This document shows positions 1 through 7,748 of a DNA stretch of 64,000 bases, piece by piece. The first letter of the stretch is position 1, and every line of letters begins with the position of its first letter. The notes under the pieces are model-generated. The model was given only the letters and a program-made list of their open reading frames with translations, was not told the DNA's origin and searched no databases. The stretch spans positions 192,001-256,000 of IMG/VR virus record IMGVR_UViG_3300034161_000018; one strand, 5' to 3'. Source of the DNA: a virus (Duplodnaviria > Caudoviricetes). The position numbers and the translations under genes were made by a program.

Positions 1-324
1 GCGGACGTAATGTGGCAGTGGAACTACTCAAAACCGGAACAGCGCGAAAGCCGCGTGATTCCGATTCAAGTGTCGAAAGACCGGGACGCGGAACTGTACA
101 CCTTCGACGTGGGCGAACGTTTCGACGTAATGAACGTGACCACGAACGGCGGCGCAGGCCAAGTCCACAAGCCGGATGATTCGGAAGATGAAGATAAGCC
201 CAAAAAGGGCGGATTCGGAAAAGGTAAAAACAAGAAAATCGAAGGGAAAAAACTCAAAGGGAAAAAGTCTAAGTTCAAAGAGGACGAAGACGACGATGAC
301 ACTGGGAAGGATGCTCTCTCCTGA
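1..324 (+). CDS. C-terminal fragment of a probable DnaB-like replicative helicase, truncated by the window start, with a Lys/Asp-rich tail
   Basis: The frame is open from base 1. ADVMWQW...IPIQVSKDRDAELYTF resembles the C-terminal H4 region of DnaB/SF4 helicases. Confidence 0.45.
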   Translation, partial: ADVMWQWNYSKPEQRESRVIPIQVSKDRDAELYTFDVGERFDVMNVTTNGGAGQVHKPDDSEDEDKPKKGGFGKGKNKKIEGKKLKGKKSKFKEDEDDDDTGKDALS

Positions 325-365
325 TGAACTCGTTTCCGGTTTTATTCCCCCGGTAGCAACACACG

Positions 366-391
366 AAGCGCGGCCCACAAAGCCGCGTTTT
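366..391 (+). terminator. Possible intrinsic terminator
   Basis: Stem AAGCGCGGC/GCCGCGTTT followed by a short T run, 40 nt after the helicase stop. Confidence 0.4.
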
Positions 392-466
392 CGCGTTCGG
401 CGCCGAGATTCTTTCAATTTCCTTTCCGGAGTTTTCTTTGGCAACCCGCTTGGCTACCGAAACACG

Positions 467-1021
467 ATGACGGTAGACATTGAGTTGCCAGCGGAAAAGC
501 CCAAACCTATTTACCGTGACGGCATCAACTATCACGAAGCTGATGTGATTGCGGATAACGTTTTTGAAGTACCGGACGCGGAACTGTTGGCCTTCAACGA
601 TCAGACGATTGACAAGGCCGAAGCGTTCAAACAAATCATGTATTCCAGCGCCGCAACATTGAGCGCAATGGACACCGCTTCTGATTACGTTGGTGCAGCG
701 CTCAATGATGGCCTCGATTTAGGACTCGATATGGATGATCGCCCGTTTGCGGCTTTCGTCCATTTTTCACGTCTGGAGATTTTATCGCAAGCCGTCGAGC
801 TTTTAAAAATCAGCGACAAACAAAAACGTTTGCTGCTGGGGTATCTGACCAAAGCAATGTCGGACAAAGCGGTCGAAGCAATGACTGCAATGGACAATGG
901 CGAGAAAGCTAGACGTATGCTGCAAGCGCAGATGCACGCGGTTGTAAAACCTCAATCACGACAGACCGAGGAAATTGATCTTTACGACAAGAAACTCGGC
1001 CACAAGAGGGCGCGTCTGTGA
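467..1021 (+). CDS. Hypothetical helical protein, candidate small terminase subunit by position
   Basis: Part of track ORF 176..1021. The first 97 codons overlap the helicase tail and a terminator, so ATG 467 (MTVDIELP) is the likely start. Its stop overlaps the TerL start (GTGA). Function is inferred from position only. Confidence 0.45.
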   Translation: MTVDIELPAEKPKPIYRDGINYHEADVIADNVFEVPDAELLAFNDQTIDKAEAFKQIMYSSAATLSAMDTASDYVGAALNDGLDLGLDMDDRPFAAFVHFSRLEILSQAVELLKISDKQKRLLLGYLTKAMSDKAVEAMTAMDNGEKARRMLQAQMHAVVKPQSRQTEEIDLYDKKLGHKRARL

Positions 1022-3939
1022 AGCTACGAGAAAAGAGCAAAAAGAAAACAAGCTCAAACATTATTGTTCCGAGCACGGAAATCATCACGCCGGACAACCC
1101 GTTCGACTATTTGCAAACGTTGAAGAAAGGCGGATTGAAATCTACGCACGGTGAAGACTTTGACCCGGCAGCGTTGGCATCCAGTCGAACGGTAATCGGT
1201 GCGGGCAACTATGACGATCAGGAAATCGACATTGCCCGACAGATTCGCGAAACGGTAGATTCCAAAATCATCGTCCCAAAGGATATGAAAATCGACGATG
1301 GGGATTTGCCCTGCGCTGCAAACTTTTACGAATGGGTTACAGAAGACCGATTCGGGGCCGTCGATGAAGAACGCCCATTCCTTGAACAGTTGATTTGGGG
1401 AATCGTAACGTTCAACGACGCATGCCCGCGCTGCTCCGATAACGAATGGTTGTATCACGATCACAAGGTCGATGACACGTACCGGAAGTTTGAAAGAAAA
1501 GTTGCACTGATGCACCACGGCGTTTGCCCGCATTGCAAAATGGGCCGTTCGGAATTGGTCACGTCCGGGCAAATGAAATTCATCAACGAACTCGCGGTGA
1601 ACGCGGGCCAGCGTTGTGTGATTGGAACCACGCCGGTTCTGACAGCCGAAGGTGTGTTGCGTATTTCGGAATGTTTACCGGATGCGCCGTATTACTTCAC
1701 CGATTTTGAAATGGATGTGCATAACGGTAATGAGTTGGAAACTACTTCCGATTTCTACCGCGCCAAACCAGAACTCATTATCCGCGTGAAACTTTCCAAC
1801 GGTGTTTCGATTGCGGGCACCGCTGACCATCCAATCCTTTGTGGCGAAACGTTTATCACATTGGGCGAGATTGCGATGGGCCAAGAAGTCGGAGTCGCAT
1901 ACGGCCAGCGCTGTTTCGGTTCCGGTGTTCTCGATTACGCTTTCCAAGTTGGCGCCCGGTTCAACGCGCCAGAAGTCAGCAAGACAATTCGTACCGCAAA
2001 TGTTTGGATGGTGCGGGATTTCTTGCGTGGCATGTTTCAGTCGAAGGAACGCGCTTTCCTTTCGATGTTGGCAATCTCAGACGTAAGCGCCCTGCTCTTT
2101 AACCTCGGCATTTATCATAGCATTGACGGCCCGGCAATTATTTTGACGGATGACGGCTTTGCCTTTTTACATGGCGACGGCAACGATCTTCCTTCCGGCA
2201 CCGTAATGGAAAAAGTTGTAGCCATTACGATGGAAGCCGAACAGGATACCTTCGATTTCACCTTGCCCCAAACTCACCAGTTTGTAACAGGCGGAATCAT
2301 CAGTCACAACTCTGGCAAATCTCACACAATCGGCGGATACCTTTACCCGTATCTGACTCACCGAATGTTGAAAATGCAAAAGCCCGCGCAGTTCTATCGC
2401 TTGGCGCGGACAACCGTTTTGCATGCCACGTTTGTTGCACTCACCTATGCGCAAGCCAAAGATACTTTGTGGACACCGTTTTACGGCGCGATCCTTTCGA
2501 GCCAATGGTTCCAGCAATATCACAGCATGCTCAAATTCTACGAAAACAAATACGGCGAATCGCTGCTGAAACTCAACGACACGTTCGTTGTTTACAAGCC
2601 GCGTGGCCTCATGGTTTATCCGGCTGGCCCGGACAAACGGGTTCTCCGTGGTCGTACACGATTCGGCGCCTCAATCGACGAAATCGCATACTTCGACAGC
2701 CAGAAAGATTCCACCAAAGTAAAAATCAACGCCCACGAAGTTTACGACGCAATGACGAACAGCCTGTATACCTTGCGGGCAGCGGCAGAACGTTTGATTA
2801 ACAACGGCGCCGACGACGTGTTCCCCGGTTACTCGATGAACGTAACGTCGCCGGTTGCGCGCAACGACATGATTCACACATTGTTGAATCGCGCAAAAGA
2901 TTCGCAATCCATGTATGGCATTCACCGGCCAACATGGGAAGTAAACCCGGACTTCCCGCGCAACTCCCGTTTGATTACGGAAGCGTATCGGAAAGACCCG
3001 GACTCGGCTGAGAAAAACTTTGGCGCCAACCCGCCACTGATTGCAAACCCGTTTATCTCAAACCACGATTTCATCACCGGCGCAGAAGACCGCGACCGGA
3101 AGTCTGTTGTGAAAATCGAAATCGTCATGAAGACTTCCCGTAAACAGGGCCAGTCGTTTATGTACGGTCAGGTGAAGAAAGTCAAAAAGTCTGCGTATGC
3201 GACAATGATGGCACTCGACGCCGGTTTGACAGACAACAGTTTTGCGATGGCTGGTGGCCGACCAGACGGGCTTAATTTAAAAGTAGACTTCGCAACCGAG
3301 ATTATTCCGCAGAACGGTTTCAAGATTAACCACAGTTTGGTTTACTCCGACTTGATCTTGCCAGTAATGGAAGCGCGTAATTGCAAAATCCTACTGGCCG
3401 ACCGCTGGAACTCGATCAAACTTCTGGACGACGCAAAGCTCGATATGGGCGATCCGGAAGACGATGAAGATACTTTCATTGCGAAACAATACAGCCTCAA
3501 GTATCGGGACATGGTTAGCGTGCGGACTTGCCTTGAACAAGGTATTATCCGTTTGCCAAAATCCGAAATCAAAGTCAAATCCTTGCTGGAAGTGCTTGAC
3601 TCGGAATACCGTGACTTCTACGACGGCAAACCAATTGCGCATTTGTTTAAGCAACTGTACACCATTAAAGACTTGGAAAAATCGGTCGGCAAAGGTGACG
3701 GTTACACGGACGATATTTGGCGCGCTGTTGCTTTGCTTCTTTGGGGTTTGATGGAAGAAGAATTCCAAGGCATTCTGCTTTCCGAACCTGTTCACTTTGA
3801 AAAAACCAAACCGGCTGCTCTCGGGTTCTCCCGTTTGTACTCGGGCGGTGGCGGCACAGTTGGATCAGGCCAAGGCGGCGGACAAGCAACTCTAATCAAC
3901 GGCGCACCACTCGGCGTAATGGCGCGCAACAAACGGTAA
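1018..3939 (+). CDS. terL: Large terminase subunit containing an intein
   Basis: Walker A GQR|SGKS is split by an intein. Also present: Walker B (ASIDEIAYF), coupling region (VTSP), RNase H-like nuclease motif (MALDAG) and C-terminal DDIWRA. It lies just upstream of the portal. Confidence 0.88.
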   Translation: MKLREKSKKKTSSNIIVPSTEIITPDNPFDYLQTLKKGGLKSTHGEDFDPAALASSRTVIGAGNYDDQEIDIARQIRETVDSKIIVPKDMKIDDGDLPCAANFYEWVTEDRFGAVDEERPFLEQLIWGIVTFNDACPRCSDNEWLYHDHKVDDTYRKFERKVALMHHGVCPHCKMGRSELVTSGQMKFINELAVNAGQRCVIGTTPVLTAEGVLRISECLPDAPYYFTDFEMDVHNGNELETTSDFYRAKPELIIRVKLSNGVSIAGTADHPILCGETFITLGEIAMGQEVGVAYGQRCFGSGVLDYAFQVGARFNAPEVSKTIRTANVWMVRDFLRGMFQSKERAFLSMLAISDVSALLFNLGIYHSIDGPAIILTDDGFAFLHGDGNDLPSGTVMEKVVAITMEAEQDTFDFTLPQTHQFVTGGIISHNSGKSHTIGGYLYPYLTHRMLKMQKPAQFYRLARTTVLHATFVALTYAQAKDTLWTPFYGAILSSQWFQQYHSMLKFYENKYGESLLKLNDTFVVYKPRGLMVYPAGPDKRVLRGRTRFGASIDEIAYFDSQKDSTKVKINAHEVYDAMTNSLYTLRAAAERLINNGADDVFPGYSMNVTSPVARNDMIHTLLNRAKDSQSMYGIHRPTWEVNPDFPRNSRLITEAYRKDPDSAEKNFGANPPLIANPFISNHDFITGAEDRDRKSVVKIEIVMKTSRKQGQSFMYGQVKKVKKSAYATMMALDAGLTDNSFAMAGGRPDGLNLKVDFATEIIPQNGFKINHSLVYSDLILPVMEARNCKILLADRWNSIKLLDDAKLDMGDPEDDEDTFIAKQYSLKYRDMVSVRTCLEQGIIRLPKSEIKVKSLLEVLDSEYRDFYDGKPIAHLFKQLYTIKDLEKSVGKGDGYTDDIWRAVALLLWGLMEEEFQGILLSEPVHFEKTKPAALGFSRLYSGGGGTVGSGQGGGQATLINGAPLGVMARNKR
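1615..2310 (+). mobile_element. Intein (232 aa) in the TerL Walker A motif, with a degenerate LAGLIDADG remnant
   Basis: Starts CVIGTTPVLT, has block B TADHP, ends GIISHN followed by Ser(+1). The central FLRGMF...LLFNLGI segment resembles decayed endonuclease blocks. Confidence 0.9.
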
Positions 3940-3945
3940 ACCAAA

Positions 3946-4212
3946 ATGAAAGTTACCCTTGCGCAAGTAGAAGAAAACATTGTTCGCGAAGAAATCTGGA
4001 TTGTTCCGGGCACCAAAGCGACAATCGTTGCGTTGATTTGCAAAAACGGTTACGTCGCTACTGGTTTCAATAACTGCGCTGACCCAGCCGAGCACGATGC
4101 TGAATACGGTTTGCAAGCCGCACGCGAAGAAGCAATGAGCGACGTGTGGAAGCAATTGGGTTATGAGCTTCGCACCAAATTGCTGGAGGCGAAAGATGGC
4201 GGTCAAAGTTGA
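3946..4212 (+). CDS. Phage Gp49/Sf6 gp66-family protein
   Basis: Pattern V.PGT..T...L..KNGY..TG...CADP...D...G...AR..A...VW...GY.L matches this family. Confidence 0.7.
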   Translation: MKVTLAQVEENIVREEIWIVPGTKATIVALICKNGYVATGFNNCADPAEHDAEYGLQAAREEAMSDVWKQLGYELRTKLLEAKDGGQS

Positions 4213-4876
4213 TTCCTATAAGTGGTTCAAGTACGCCGGTCGGCATCTGATTTTTCCAACCGGCCACCCCGATCATGAACTCAGTTTGTTTGATGGTGAA
4301 ATCTACGGCTACAAGAAGTTCAAAGACAAACATTATGTGATCGACAAATCCAATCCGGAGATTCGTTTTGAATTGAAGGAAAAGGATGCGTTGCGCATTT
4401 TGAAAATGTCGGCGGGCTGGTCGGGATTGGTGCGCAAGGTTCCCGTAAAAGGCGGCATTGGCGGGAAAGACAAACCGGCGCCAAGTACGCAAGATACGAA
4501 AAACCTACACTTCCTCGAAATCGACAGTAGCAACCTGAAAGAAGCGGTTTACGACAAAAAGGAAAAAACTCTTTACGTCGGATTCCACACTTCCCCGGCC
4601 AAGTGGGCGTACCTGAATGTGACGCCTCGCGAAGTGCGCGAACTGGAAGAATCACCGAGCCAAGGCCGGTATTTCATCTACAAGATTCGCGAAGTGAAAC
4701 CGCAACATCGCGTTCGCTCAATGCCTACGCAAGCTGCTCCGATTCCGGAAGTTGAACCCGTTGCAGAAGTGCCGCCAGTAGCCAAACCGAAGAAATCGCA
4801 GACCGCAAAACAAGCGGTTAAAGATTTGCCGAAACCTGCTGTGGCCCCGGAAACAAAACCGAAACGACGGCGCTGA
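4196..4876 (+). CDS. KTSC-domain protein with an N-terminal module shared with the SprT protein
   Basis: GGAGG RBS before ATG 4196. IDSSNLKEAVYD...LYVGF...Y.NV....L..SPSQGRYF..KIR is a KTSC pattern. Pro/Lys-rich tail. Confidence 0.72.
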   Translation: MAVKVDSYKWFKYAGRHLIFPTGHPDHELSLFDGEIYGYKKFKDKHYVIDKSNPEIRFELKEKDALRILKMSAGWSGLVRKVPVKGGIGGKDKPAPSTQDTKNLHFLEIDSSNLKEAVYDKKEKTLYVGFHTSPAKWAYLNVTPREVRELEESPSQGRYFIYKIREVKPQHRVRSMPTQAAPIPEVEPVAEVPPVAKPKKSQTAKQAVKDLPKPAVAPETKPKRRR

Positions 4877-4930
4877 GAAAAGCGTAAAGACACATTGTCC
4901 AATCGCGGTTTTGTGAAAAGAGAGAACTGA

Positions 4931-6817
4931 ATGAAACTACGAAAACGCGGGGCTGGTGCTGCAATGCACACGGCAACTTCAACCGCCGCGCCGAAAACCC
5001 AAACCAATGCCGGTATCTTTACCGGTCGGCGTTTGGGGCCGGAACGTGACGAAATGGACGACAAAATGTCGGCGACGGCAGCGGTTGGCAATGGTATGAA
5101 AAACACCAGTGTCGCGCAGTTGCCAATCGAAATCGACATTGATCCACTGCTGAAAGATATTGTGTTCAGCGAAGACCTTGAACAGAAAAAACTGGTCATG
5201 CGTCTGTTTACCGACATTTACTACAACGACCCGACTGCCGGTTCGATTGTGGATATTAAGTCGAACCTGATGTTTTCCGAATTCAACCTCGGCGGCATTA
5301 TGGACAAAAAGGTCGCGCAGGCATTTGGCGAATCTTTGGAAAACCTAAACATCCGCAACCTGATGCCACACGCATTGGTTGACCACGATGTAAAAGGTGC
5401 ATTCGTTGGCTCGTTGCTGTACAACGAAAAGAAGAAAACGTTTGTCGATGTGATGCCACACGGTTACGAGAACTGCAAAGTTGATATGCTGCCGTTCTTC
5501 AACCAAGACCCGTTGATTACCGTCGCGTTTCCGGACGACGTGCGGGCGACAATGGGCGTGGACACTCCGCGACTGAAAGCATTGCGTGAGTATTTGGGCG
5601 CCGAAGTAATTGCACAAATCAGCAATGCCGCGCTGGAACTGGATGCGAAATCGACAATCTATTTGCCGCGTCAAGCATTCACAAACAGCACGGGCGTTTC
5701 GTATTACCGCCGCATTCTGCCGATGTATCTTTTGGAGAAAAACCTTTTCCGGGGAACGCTGGTTGAATCGGCCCGTCGCCAACGCGGTATTCTGCACCTG
5801 ACGCTTGACGGCGGCGGGGAATGGGAACCGACGGTTGCCGACTTTGAAATGATGACGCAACTTTTCCAAAATGCTGACGCCGATCCGTTGGGTGCAATCA
5901 TTGCAACCCGCTCAGGGATTAGCGCAGACGAACTTCGCCAAGGCGGCGATTTCTGGAAAGTGACCGACGTTTGGGATTCGACGCTTTCAATGAAACTGAA
6001 AGCACTCGGGATTTCCGAAGCGTTCTTGAGTGGTGACGCAACATTCTCCAACCAAGACACTTCTATGTCGTTCTTCATTGACGGCATTCGTGGTCAGCGT
6101 GATTTGTTTGTTCGCAAAATGCTGTACAACCGCATCTTCCCGTTGATTTCTGCGTTGAACGGTTTTGTAATCGGTCAAAACGGAAAGCTGACTCGACGCG
6201 GTAACATGCTGGACAAGATCGACCCGATGGGCAACATCGGCATTCTCAATGACGGTTCGCGTTTGCTGATTCCGTCTGTGCATTGGGAAAAAACTTTGAA
6301 GCCGGAAGGCGATCAGCAATACATGGATATGTTGCAAGCACTTACCGAAAAAGGTGTGCCTGTTCCAATTCGTGCAATGGCTGCCGCTGCTGGTTTCAAC
6401 ATCGAACGTCTGCTCGCCGATCAACAAGGCGACAAAGACCTGATGGAAGAATTGTCGAAGTACAACAAAGAAATCGCAGACATTAAAGCGAAGTACGGCC
6501 CTGCTGATGGTGGCGACGACGGTACTGCAATGGCTTCGGCTTTGGCAGGCGCACGCTATTTGCAAAACATTCAGAACGGTTCGCGCTCCGATGTATTGGC
6601 GCGCAATAACGGGAAAATGTTGGGCTTGGCATCGCGTGATTTCGGCGAAGACTTTGAAGTTGCTGGCATGACACACGACGGTAAACGCCGCTACCTGCAC
6701 GATCAGAAGAAAGGGCAGGAACGCGCAAACCGTAAAATCGTTAAGCAACTGCAATCTATTCGTTTGGCAAACAACACGCATTTGTCCCGAATGACCACTA
6801 CCCCGTTTAAAGGGTAA
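4931..6817 (+). CDS. Probable portal protein
   Basis: 628 aa, downstream of terL. The IYYNDPTAGSIVDI helix and the LKALGISEAFLSG.....S segment resemble portal proteins. Confidence 0.65.
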   Translation: MKLRKRGAGAAMHTATSTAAPKTQTNAGIFTGRRLGPERDEMDDKMSATAAVGNGMKNTSVAQLPIEIDIDPLLKDIVFSEDLEQKKLVMRLFTDIYYNDPTAGSIVDIKSNLMFSEFNLGGIMDKKVAQAFGESLENLNIRNLMPHALVDHDVKGAFVGSLLYNEKKKTFVDVMPHGYENCKVDMLPFFNQDPLITVAFPDDVRATMGVDTPRLKALREYLGAEVIAQISNAALELDAKSTIYLPRQAFTNSTGVSYYRRILPMYLLEKNLFRGTLVESARRQRGILHLTLDGGGEWEPTVADFEMMTQLFQNADADPLGAIIATRSGISADELRQGGDFWKVTDVWDSTLSMKLKALGISEAFLSGDATFSNQDTSMSFFIDGIRGQRDLFVRKMLYNRIFPLISALNGFVIGQNGKLTRRGNMLDKIDPMGNIGILNDGSRLLIPSVHWEKTLKPEGDQQYMDMLQALTEKGVPVPIRAMAAAAGFNIERLLADQQGDKDLMEELSKYNKEIADIKAKYGPADGGDDGTAMASALAGARYLQNIQNGSRSDVLARNNGKMLGLASRDFGEDFEVAGMTHDGKRRYLHDQKKGQERANRKIVKQLQSIRLANNTHLSRMTTTPFKG

Positions 6818-6834
6818 ATGGTAAAACGGAAACG

Positions 6835-6879
6835 GCTACCCTAATTTATCCATACTGGTTGAGCTAGGGTAGCTTTTTT
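6835..6879 (+). terminator. Intrinsic terminator after the portal gene, with a TAATTTA motif at the stem-loop junction
   Basis: 9-bp stem GCTACCCTA/TAGGGTAGC, 21-nt loop, T6 tract. Confidence 0.7.
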
Positions 6880-7186
6880 CATCGGTAGAGCCTTTTCTGT
6901 GGTTGTCGCCAACTTGAAGTTGGGTGACTTCAACTTGCCGAAACGAATAGATTTACCTCGTCCATAAGTCTGTTCCCGCAGACGCTCGGCTGCCCTAGCT
7001 CGGGCCAGTACCGAATTCTCTTTTTCGCCGCCTTTTGGTCGGACTACTCCTGAGAAGTTAAATCCTAAATCGCGCTGCTAACGAATGTAATGTGCTAGGA
7101 AGCGAAAGCAGTCCGTTGTCACATTGCTTTCTGAGCGGCAAAACGTAACTGGAACTTTTCGCGCGACCTGAACCTAAAAGGCGGCA
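6880..7186 (+). ncRNA. Candidate structured ncRNA, two domains (6882-7014 and 7027-7185), family unknown
   Basis: No credible ORF. Nested helices 6882-6887/7009-7014, 7027-7036/7176-7185, 7037-7041/7164-7168 and 7052-7059/7153-7160, plus a possible loop-loop pairing. G-U pairs work on the + strand. Confidence 0.5.
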
Positions 7187-7194
7187 CCTATTTC

Positions 7195-7205
7195 AAAACT
7201 GTAAA
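7195..7205 (+). promoter_or_regulatory. AAAACTGTAAA putative phage promoter motif (non-structural class)
   Basis: The CTGTAAA core recurs at 7732, 9129, 12163 and on the minus strand at 24358-24368. Confidence 0.4.
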
Positions 7206-7236
7206 CATGCTGCATACACTCACCGAGGAATTTCAA

Positions 7237-7611
7237 GTGGAAAGCGTCGCAATCCCCGCCAGTCAATACGAAAAGAGTTTTGTTGTCGGCCTGTTTGAAG
7301 GGCTTGCAGTAGAAGTTGTTTTCTTGAAGCACGGCGATGTGCCCGTCTACATTAACGAATCCGGTGAATCGGCTGTTGCTGAAACGGAACTGGTGCAAAT
7401 CACGCTTCCAACTTCCGAAGGTTCCGAAAAGATGGCGCAGACTCTGCGTGACGCGTTGCTGAAATTGCGTTCGCCAGATTCCAACACTGTGTTCATTCGT
7501 TCGGCAGACTTTGCGGAAATCAACAACAAGCTGTTTACGTTCGCCCAACTCTGCGTCGGCTTTGTCCACGCCAAATCTGTAACGGAAAATGAATCTGCAA
7601 CCTCGCAATAA
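7237..7611 (+). CDS. Hypothetical protein
   Basis: Track ORF 7207..7611. A GAGGA RBS at 7225-7229 favours GTG 7237. Confidence 0.7.
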   Translation: MESVAIPASQYEKSFVVGLFEGLAVEVVFLKHGDVPVYINESGESAVAETELVQITLPTSEGSEKMAQTLRDALLKLRSPDSNTVFIRSADFAEINNKLFTFAQLCVGFVHAKSVTENESATSQ

Positions 7612-7633
7612 GTTTGACGACGCCGGTGACAAA

Positions 7634-7744
7634 ATGCTCAATGTTTTACTGAGCGCGCCGCCGTTATTTATGGAAGCGCTTTGCGCAATCATTCTGGTGG
7701 CCGGTTATTTCTTTTGGCCGGTTTCACAAATCTGTAAATACTGA
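7634..7744 (+). CDS. Possible 36-aa membrane peptide
   Basis: Read by hand: MLNVLLSAPPLFMEALCAIILVAGYFFWPVSQICKY*. One hydrophobic helix, weak GGTG RBS. Confidence 0.4.
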   Translation: MLNVLLSAPPLFMEALCAIILVAGYFFWPVSQICKY

Positions 7745-7748
7745 ATAT

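Noticed and set aside
176-466. N-terminal 97 codons of track ORF 176..1021
   Set aside because: They overlap the helicase C-terminus and a terminator hairpin; ATG 467 is the more plausible start.
6930-7150. Group I intron or small-ribozyme reading (GGACT/AGTCC as a P7-like pair)
   Set aside because: Spacing of P4, P6 and P7 does not fit, no interrupted gene flanks it, and hammerhead or twister cores were not found.
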